NCBI RefSeq assembly: GCF_009914755.1
Contig: NC_060946.1
DNA from: the human T2T-CHM13v2.0 reference genome, Homo sapiens
DNA: 64,000 bases
Strand: one strand, 5' to 3'
The notes under the pieces are model-generated. The model worked only from the letters and a program-made list of their open reading frames with translations, ran no database searches and was not told the origin of the DNA. Below, in pieces: positions 54,661 through 64,000 of this stretch. The position numbers were made by a program, and so were the translations under genes. Position 1 is the first letter of the stretch. The number at the start of each line of letters is the position of its first letter.

Positions 54661-56499
54661 AAATGTTTACTGTACATTGTCTGGGTCTCTGCTTACGATG
54701 ACCCTGCCCACTTGCCTGGCACAGGGTCAGAATTGCCAGCATTGTGGTCTTCATCAACAACAAGAATTTAAAGGGTAATAAAAGGAGGACTATCAGTTGC
54801 TTGCATTCATGACTATAAAGGAGGATTCAGCGTAACTGAGAGCTCTGAGCACAGAGAGGTGTGGATGGAGAGAGGAATGCCATCGAAAGGGTCACTGACC
54901 AATGGCAGGGAAGGCATCATAGCTGTGTTCAGGGCAGGGGTTGGCTTGTAGATTAAGCTTCCGATTGCTCAACAGAACCAGGAGCTCCCTTTGGGGGATG
55001 TGGGCAATTGGGAAGGCTTCCTGGAGTTGGTGATGATTGATCTGGGCTTGGAAGTATAGGTGAGATTGGCATGGACCGAGGGGAATGCATTTGAAGGGAA
55101 GAATATATTAACCATGAGATAAAGTGGGCAGTCTAGCAATGTGTGGAGAAGAAGGATCAAAGATGCTGGTTATTTTCTTCCCCTCCATTCCCTTTCTCTA
55201 TCTTCCTTTCATCCTTTTATCTAGGACTGTGGCTAGCCCATTTGGCACCTGTGTGAAAATTGGTGGTAGGCTCCTCCTCTGGAAAGAACCCAATCTTGTC
55301 CAGGATATATAGCTTCAAAGTACAGCGTGAATTGGTTTTTAGCCCCTACCTGTCCCATTGACTGGACATCTTGAACAAGCAATGAGTCAGACAACTGTAC
55401 CCTGTAGTCCTCTTCCTTCCTTATCCCTTTTCCTTCCGTTTTTTCCTCCCCTCATCCTCCTCCATTCCTCCCAGTTCTTATTATGCATGTCCAGAAAATA
55501 TGTCCCCTTTCATCTTTGGCCATCCAGCTAACCTGTACCCTGCATTACCCAGGACCATTTCAGCAGCCTCTGTTACTGCAAGCAACCCTTGCCCTTTGTT
55601 TTTCTTGCCCTGAGAGCCCGCACCTCTGAGGCTGCCAAAGAACCCTGCCACTGCCCAAATCCATCTCCAATTCCACCCTGGGTGAAGGGCTTTAACTCAT
55701 AGGCCCAGGCCCCCCTTTTGACAGGCTCGATTTGGCTCCCTGCACATCTGGGCCTCCCATCTGGCCCCCGCACTTCGCCTGTGCGGGTTGCTTTATGGAT
55801 ATAATAAATATTCCTTCCTTAATATGATTTCGCTTAGGTTCCCAGTAACTCACTCAAGCAAATCTTCCATTTAACACATGACTTTCTCTTCAGAGGGAGC
55901 AGAGAAAATATTGTTGTTGGAAGAGGCACAGCTGTGAGGGTTTGGGGAGGAGTGTGTCCACCTAAGCTCAAAGTTTGCTGCTGCCCACAGGCCTGGCCCT
56001 GGTAAGACCTCAGCATATCATGCGTTCTTCCATGGGCAGGAAGATTTCAAGAAATGTCCCAGCCATGCCTAGTGCAGGTAGCTACAAAAGGACTTTAGAT
56101 GTCACATGCAGCCCAGTGACGTAGTGGGTCACACCTCCACTGCTTGGTGTGTGGAGTGGGGCCAAGTCCATTATATCATTCATCTGGATGGTGGAGAGGG
56201 CCAAACTTACCACCTAGTCAGTTTTTTAGACACATAAAATAGCTTTGCTTTCAACACGATGTTTTAAAATTACAATTTTAGCCAAGATTTGTTTTATCCA
56301 ATGCTTAAGATATGAATAAATGGGACTGTCAAACAAAGATGGCCGGGAGTCTTTTAGCGACAACTACTGGTTAAACTGGTTATAGCAACCTAGCTCTATC
56401 TATTTTATCACCTTTGAGAGGTGGAAGAAATAAACACTTATTGAGTGGCTACAATGTGCAAAGTTAATTGTCGTGTATCGAATATTTATGGAATCCTCA

Positions 56500-56930
56500 C
56501 ATTTTTTTTAAAAAAAGAGTCAAGTTTATTGAGGTATGATTTATATAACATTTACCCTTTTTCAAGTGTACAGTTTGATGAGCTTTGACGAATGTGTACT
56601 ATAGTATAAACACCAACACTATCAAAATATAGAGCATTTTCACCTCCTCCAAAAATTCCCTCATACCACATTGAATTCATTCTCCTACTCCCAACCTCAT
56701 GTCTGACAAGGCCTAATTCGATTTCTGTCCTTACAATTTTGCCTCTCCCGGAATGTCATATAATGGAATCACACAGTTTGCCGCTTTTTATATTTGCCTT
56801 CTTTCATTTTGCACAGTGATTTTGTGATTCTTGTATATTGCTGAATGTATCAGTACTTGATTTCGTTGCTGTGTAGTATTTCATTGTATGGAAACATCAT
56901 AGTTTGTTGATTCACTTTTCTGCTGAACTC
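56500..56930 (-). mobile_element. L1ME/MD-type 3' fragment
   Basis: tttattgaggtatgattta...aagtgtacagtttgatgagctttgac...gaatgtcatataatggaatc. Confidence 0.82.
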
Positions 56931-57140
56931 ACAATCATCTTTTGAGTTAATACATCCATTTTAAAGAAAAAACTGAGGTTCAAAGAAGTGAAGTAAAGTA
57001 CCTAATGTCACTCAGCTAGCAGGGGGCTGCCACAGGATTTGGCACAGACTTGAACTCGAATTCTTGGAGTGGTTGTAATATTAACATTTTTTGTTCTGCT
57101 TATTCTGCTGAATAACCTCATTGGATCAAGAATATACTTC

Positions 57141-57543
<403 letters not shown>

Positions 57544-58110
57544 CTAGGGCTGTGCTGGAGGGAGGAGAGCAGCCATCAACTTCATGTGTTCAGCAGAGAT
57601 GTATCAGCGCTTTGCAAGAGGGTACTTGCTTGCAGAGATTCTAACTATGGTGTAGGGAGTTGAGTTACATACCCCTAATTGTCTCTTCTTCCCTTGACTT
57701 TCTTATTAGAAGAGGAGTGTTTTGGGGGAAGAAAGCCTGAGTAAAAATGCTGTTCTGCTATGTGACATTGTTATTTCTGTTCCCTGAACCTCGGTTTTCC
57801 CATCTGCACAATGGACGCCTTTCTCTGAGCTGTGGGGAGGATCATTTGAGGTGTCATGTGAAGGCACCAGCACAGCAGGGAGTGCCCTTCTGGTTCCCAT
57901 CCCACATCTTCCCCACTGAGCTATATAAGGACAGAAACATTTTTTCCACTTTGGTTTCTCTACATGAGCGACTCCGTCCTGCATGGAGTAGGAGGCATGC
58001 CCTTGGTTTCCCGGGAATTTGGCAGGTGTTGGGAATCCATTCCTAGACCCTGCCTGCCTCACACACATGCTTCCGCTTCTACCTGGCAGAGAAGCTACAA
58101 ATCAAAGTCC

Positions 58111-58430
58111 TCGGTGTGGCGCGGTGGCTCACGCCTGTAATCCCAGCACTTTGGGAGGCTGAGACAGGCAGATCACCTGAGGTCAGGAGTTGGAGACCAG
58201 CCTGGCCAACATGGCAAAACCCCGTCTTTACTAAAACTACAAAAATTAGCTGGGCATGGTGGCAGGTGCCTGTGATCCCAGCTTCTTGAGAGGCTGAGGC
58301 AGGAGAATCACTTGAACCCGGGGAGGGGTGGCGGGGGTTGCAGTGAGCCGAGATCGAGCCACTACATTCCAGCCTGGGTGAAAGAGTGAGACTCTGTCTC
58401 AAAAGAGAAAACAAAAAGCCAAAAAACAAA
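58111..58430 (+). mobile_element. Alu (AluSx-like)
   Basis: Full Alu with A-rich tail. Confidence 0.95.
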
Positions 58431-58899
58431 GTTCTGTGCATTAATTCTTTCAAGGCGTTTATAACGGCTGGAGGGCATATTTCATGACCAGAGAATGGCT
58501 CTCTTCCTGTCTTATCATAACCATCTGTGCTTGTCCTATGGTGCATGCCCTGACTAATCCCTCTCCCCAGCCCCCCTGCTGCCCCCTAAACCCTCTGCTG
58601 GGCGGTTCTCAGAGCCCATCCATCTTGACAACAGAGGGCTCTATTGGTTGAGGACCAGCTGTGCAGAGGGACCACCTTACATCTCCTGCATCTCTCACCT
58701 TCCTCCCAAGTCTTGTGGGAGGCTGGATCCGCCCTTGTTTCTTGCCACTGTACCCCATCTGGCTTTTGTAACACGAGGACCTACAAAAGCAGAAGCTGAA
58801 GCTTAGAGGAGTTGACTTGGATTGCCCAGGGCAGCCCAGGAACCAGACAATAAGTGATTCATTCACCGCGATTGAGATAGTCCTCTGTGCAGGCGACTT

Positions 58900-59475
58900 C
58901 ATCACACCATGTCACTGCATCTTACAGAAACCCTGCAAGAGAGACACCATGCTCATCCCCATTTTTCAGGTGAAGACACTGATGCTCAGAGAAGTGAAGC
59001 CACTTGTCCAAGGTCACGCCGCTGGGTGTGCCACATGTGCCTCTTTAGTAGAGGGGCCGGGGATGGTGACTTAGTGACATTTGAGCAGGGCCTGAAAGAA
59101 ACAAAGGAGTGAACCATCTGAAGATCTGAGGAAGAGCCCTCCAAGAAGGGGAGACTGCAAGTGAAAAGGCTGCGAACTGGGAACAAACTTAAGAAAGAAA
59201 CAGAAGGGAACTGGGCATCGTGCTTCCTGAGTGAGAGCAACAGGGCTCGAAAATGAGGTCATAGGGCTGCTAGAGACCAGGCCAGGGCTTTGGATTTCAC
59301 TCTGAGGGAAAATGGCTTCCCAAATATCACACATGAAATCAGGAGCCAATCTGAGTTAGAACTAATGTCCCCATAGACCCCATTTTGGGACTTTCTTCCC
59401 CAATACCAGGCTCTGGGTGAAACTGGGAGTCATATCCAGGTAATCCTGCCCCAGAGTGCATGCTCTCAGCATTCA
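58900..59475 (-). mobile_element. MIR split by the left arm of the inverted duplication
   Basis: ccccatttttcaggtgaagacactga...cttgtccaaggtcac before 59030; ctgggagtcatatccagg...ccagagtgcatgctctc after 59414. Confidence 0.78.
59030..59414 (-). repeat. Left arm of a 385-bp inverted repeat (derived copy)
   Basis: Reverse complement of 60350-60734; no mismatch found by eye; ORFs 59071..59349(-) and 60415..60693(+) translate identically. Confidence 0.97.
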
Positions 59476-60349
59476 TGCTGTGCTGCATGTGACCCACTGA
59501 TTTGTGCTATACACTGCAAAAAAGGTGGAGATAGGTGGCTTGCCATCAGGAAGACCACCATCAATCTAGGTTGAAGATATAGATACAGGAAAGGCATAGC
59601 TAATTAAGCCCAGGTGGAATAATACTTGGCACCAACAGAACATCATGCGATTTGAAATTTGCCTTCCTGCCCTTCTTTCTCTGGCCCCTGTGCTTTCCTT
59701 CTTCCCACTTCATCTTTTCTGTGGCTCTGTTTATAGGCTTCACACTGTCTAGTTTGGAGCAGGATTTAATCGTGGTTTCATTAATAAATCAAAGGAAGAA
59801 TGACAGTATTGAAAAAAAGAACGAAAAGAAGATTGAATGAATGTGGGGGCACAGAGGGAGGGAGGAGAGGGAAGAAGCTGGTTCCAGTCTCGTAGAAGTC
59901 TAGAAAGAGAAGACTCCAGCTTTTGCCATCAGTGCCTGCAGGTGTGATGTGGGTAGGACTTTAGCTGGGTGTGGACCTAGAAGGAGAAGCAGGTTGAAAG
60001 AGGACTGTTTAAGATTGGCCGTAGGGTGGGTGGCGCTGTTTCTGCTGCTGCTCCAGCCTTTGGCGTCTACACTTTTCAAAATAAAACACGAACCCCAGAC
60101 GTGGGCATGCAAGGCTTGCTGTGAAGTTCTGACAAGAAAATGGACATCCTTGAAAAACAATGGCCACACACACAAAAAAACAGGGAGCATGAAGTCCAAC
60201 AACTCGGGATCAGATCTTGCAGACATCATGGAAGCTCTGGATCTCCATTTGCTCATCTGGATGCTGGAATGATAACCACTGATTCCAATCATCCGACTAT
60301 AAATCAGCAAGCAGAGGACCCTTTGGTTTAACCAACACTCCTATGAAAT

Positions 60350-60734
60350 AGAGCCTGGTATTGGGGAAGAAAGTCCCAAAATGGGGTCTATGGGGACATT
60401 AGTTCTAACTCAGATTGGCTCCTGATTTCATGTGTGATATTTGGGAAGCCATTTTCCCTCAGAGTGAAATCCAAAGCCCTGGCCTGGTCTCTAGCAGCCC
60501 TATGACCTCATTTTCGAGCCCTGTTGCTCTCACTCAGGAAGCACGATGCCCAGTTCCCTTCTGTTTCTTTCTTAAGTTTGTTCCCAGTTCGCAGCCTTTT
60601 CACTTGCAGTCTCCCCTTCTTGGAGGGCTCTTCCTCAGATCTTCAGATGGTTCACTCCTTTGTTTCTTTCAGGCCCTGCTCAAATGTCACTAAGTCACCA
60701 TCCCCGGCCCCTCTACTAAAGAGGCACATGTGGC
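60350..60734 (+). repeat. Right arm of a 385-bp inverted repeat (ancestral copy, mostly L2)
   Basis: L2-like sequence continues beyond the arm to an L2 tail at ~60880 (gaattaatgaatggatga). Confidence 0.97.
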
Positions 60735-61744
60735 CTTCCTAGGTTTTCTGACATGTTTGTTCACTTTACCTCTGTTTCCCCACAAAGATAAGTATGTCAT
60801 CTGCCTCCTTCAACAGCCATATCCCTGAGGCCTAGAAGAGTTGATACTTGATTAACCATATGGTGAATTAATGAATGGATGAGGTTTCTGGCTCTCTTGG
60901 CCTCAGGCTTCCCCTCTACAAACTCAGAGAGGGAGACAGCATCCTAAAACGTGTGTGTCCCCACGCTTTCCCCCCTGCCACCCGGCAAGAAGGGTGTGTG
61001 GTGTGCAGTATGGGGCCTTGTGTGGCCCAGAGTTCCTGACGAATGAGGCTGATCCTGGTGACGCAGGCTTTATTGATCTGAGCAGGTTGTCAGTGAAGGG
61101 GAAGTTGTAATTGTTGCTGTAGTTTCATTGTAACCACCAGCCCCGAAGGGAAATTAAACTTTGCAGCTAATGGGGCTATATGATCCTTCAACCTTTGATG
61201 TATTGAATCCAGTGTGGTCCCTGGAATACTGAGCGACTGCTCAGAGCAGTCGTTTTTAAGCTGAAGCGGTCTCAGAGCTGATACTCTTTTTAGGCCTGGA
61301 GAAGGGGTGGAGCTGAATGACTCCTACATTCTTTCTTTCCACCCGTTTTCTAAAGAGGCTTAGAGCGCCTCTAAGAATCAAACCATGAAGTATTTCAGCT
61401 GGAAGGAGCCTCAAGGCATAAACACCCACATGCAGCTTCACCTCCTCCAATCCAGGCTCTTTACGGTAGCCCCACAAGCTACTAAAGGCCAGCTCTGACT
61501 CTATCACGTCCTGCTGAAATACCATCTGTGGAATCCTGTTGTCTGGAATCTTACTACTCAAAGTGGACCTGCAGCTTCGGCCACTCTTGGGAGCGGGTTA
61601 GAATGCAGACTCCTGATCCTCACTCCGGATCTGCTTATCTGGAATCTGATTCCTGTTCACGGTAGTTTTTAAAGCACTGGACTGGAGGATACATTCTAAG
61701 CTAATTTTCATGGCCTATAGGCAAATTTGATCTGAAGAGGTAAC

Positions 61745-61930
61745 ACAGTATTAAGAGTCCAGGGTCTGGAACTAGGCAGACTTTGAGATAATCCTGATGT
61801 GGCCAATTATGAGCTGTGTGGCTGTGTGGGATTTCCTTCCCTGCTTTGAACCTCACAGGGTTGTGGTGCAAATCAAATACATTTTTACATGCAAAGTGCT
61901 TAAAAGAGTACATGGCAAAGAGTAAACACA
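61745..61930 (+). mobile_element. MIR
   Basis: ttaagagtccagggtctgga...cctcacagggttgtgg...catgcaaagtgctta. Confidence 0.75.
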
Positions 61931-63381
61931 GAAAATAGCAGAGTCTTTTAGCTCCTGCCAAAAGTCTGCACACAGGCCCTTTATTTAGGGCTAAGTGTAA
62001 ATGACTGATACAGCCAACTAATAATCAACATGATAATCATTCTTATATAGCTCTGTTTTTCAGAGGAGGAAACGATACTCGGAGAGGTGAAGCAAGTGGT
62101 GAAAGGGGATGAAGAGGGAATTTGAGCACAAAACTGTCTTACTCCAGAGTCTGGGTGCATAAACTTGACTTATGAATACTTGATTTAATTTTTTTTTTTT
62201 TTTTGCAAACTACCTGGTGAGTAGATTTGCAGATGGTGAAGCAAGGGCTCAGAGACAGGAAGTGGAATTTATGTTTCCCAGCTTATGGATTGTAGGGAGT
62301 TTTCCTAATTCCAAGTTTTCCATTCATACAACCAGCATTTACTGAGCATAGATATTGCATGAGGCACCGTTGTAGTCCCTGGGGATCCTGCAGTGGCTAA
62401 GACAGGCTCAGCCCTGGCCCCCCAGAGTTAAGAGCAGACACCAAGACTCTTCAACATATTGCAAGGGTCCTGGCTCTCACTTCCCAATGTCCTGGTGACA
62501 TAGAGGACTTTCTCCACCCTTCCCACTAGGCCTTCCTTCTCTCCCCTTGCCTCTCAATCCAGTCCCAGCACACGGCATCTCCTGGGCATGCATCCAAGCC
62601 AAGTAGGAGATGGGGCATATTTTATCCTGGGACCATTTCTCGTCCTGTTATTGACTTACAGGAAATTATCATTTCTTCCCAGCTGGCATTCTCCCTTTGT
62701 CATTTCTCTTGAGAGAGGGACTGGGTATGGGCCCTCCATGGGACTCCTGTGTTCTGGCTGGGGAGCTGACTTCTCTGGGGCTGGTGGCTGCCAATGTGTA
62801 GATGGGGATGCTGACAAGATGAATGCAGAGACAGCCCAGCTAGAAACCCACACAGTGCTGGGCTGGTAGGCAGGACAACTTGGTTTGCATCTCTGATCTG
62901 CTGTGCTCTTTTGAATGATCTTGGGCATCACTTAATCCCTTTGGGCCTCTGTAGTCTCGCCCATGAAATGATGTTCACCTGCTATGCACGTCACATTCAA
63001 GAATACGCCTAGGTCACCTTACGTGAAGATATTGCTATATGTAAACATCCCTCATAGAAACATTGTCTGTATTTTACAGATAATACATGCTACAATGATT
63101 AGTGAAGTCTCCCAGGAGAAGAGGGAACCTGAGCTGGTCTCCCTTGCCCCTCACCCTCCCTAAGATTCCATCTGAAGGCCTGTCACTATGTGGTAGACTT
63201 TCCATACTCCATCAAGTCCTCCCCAGAAAAACATCTCAATGCCCTGTGAGCAGGAACAGTCCCAGGTGAAACTCCAGTCTGGCCATTTATGGCACGTGAC
63301 CTTGGGGAGGCCAAGGTCATACATTAGTCTGTATTCTCCATGACAACTGTATTATTTTCTTAGTTTCAACTAAGAAACAAC

Positions 63382-63790
63382 TGTATTAGTTTCTTATTGT
63401 TGTTTTAACTTAGGAGTTAAAACAACACCCACATTTATCATCTTAAAGTTTTGGAGGTCAGAAATTCAAAATCAAGGTGTTGGCAGCGCTAGGTTCCTTC
63501 TGGAGGCTGCAAAGGAGACCTCGTTTTCTTGCCTTTTTCAGCACCTAGAGGTCACCTGCATCCCTTGGCTCATGACTCCAACCTCTGCCTCCACAGTCAC
63601 GTCTCCTGCTAACTCTGCTCTTCTTGCCTCCCCTTAGAAGGACCCTTGTGATTGCAGGATAATCCCCCCATCTCAAGATCCTTAACTTAGTCACGTCTGA
63701 GCAGTCCCTTTTGCCATGTAAGGTAACATTCACAGGTTCCAGGGATTAGGACATGCATACCTTTGGGGGACCATTATTCAGAAGACCACA
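63382..63790 (-). mobile_element. MaLR solo LTR (MLT1C-like)
   Basis: tgtattagtttc...ggaggtcagaa...aatcaaggtgttggcag...ttgccatgtaaggtaacattcacaggttccagggattaggac...accaca. Confidence 0.88.
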
Positions 63791-64000
63791 TCAACACTTG
63801 CAGGCAGGACTTCTTATCATTTGGAAACAGAGGCCCAGAGAGGAATGTGACCACTGGTCATAAATGGTCACCCTGGGGTTTGAACCTTGACCTTTCCCTG
63901 CTCTCAATACAATGACATGCCTCTCTGGACAGGAGTTGATGGCGCTGGAGTGGGGGTGGTCAACTGGAGAACATCATGGATAAAGGCTTTATCATGGAGG

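Noticed and set aside
59995-60050. CTCF-like word ggtggcgctg in the spacer
   Set aside because: Only the 3' half of the motif matches; the conserved CC positions are missing.
59900-60331. ORFs of 136, 107 and 63 aa in the spacer as possible cargo
   Set aside because: No recognisable homology; overlapping frames on both strands; lengths expected by chance.
59071-60693. Two identical 92-aa ORFs on opposite strands, suggesting a duplicated gene or an element with long terminal inverted repeats
   Set aside because: Both come from the inverted duplication of L2-derived DNA. The spacer has no transposase-like ORF, and each arm is continuous with different old repeats, so this is not a mobile unit.

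Overview
Primate (very probably human) genomic DNA, gene-poor and repeat-rich: about 25 Alus, many MIR/L2 relics, old L1M pieces, MaLR/ERVL LTRs and MER DNA transposons. I find no credible protein-coding exon; the ORF track is almost entirely repeat-derived or chance ORFs. The one gene-like element is a disabled processed pseudogene of RPL15 (minus strand, ~5800-6535). There is a GC/CpG-rich promoter-like segment at ~22.2-22.8 kb and several repeat-free, homeodomain-motif-dense blocks that look like developmental enhancers (inference only; conservation not measured). The most unusual signal is a set of locally templated insertions, each interrupting a recognisable old repeat so that donor and acceptor can be assigned: (1) an apparently perfect 385-bp inverted duplication (59030-59414 / 60350-60734); (2) a 97-bp inverted copy replacing the 3' end of an Alu (53566-53662 from 56000-56096); (3) a 52-bp direct copy inside an LTR (27923-27974 from 15027-15078). 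There is also an Alu-unique-FLAM cassette under one target-site duplication, a twin-priming-type inverted old L1, and a 27-bp palindrome. I cannot support a new gene system; these are structural/mutational observations. Repeat family names are from my recollection of consensus sequences, and repeat boundaries are approximate unless stated.
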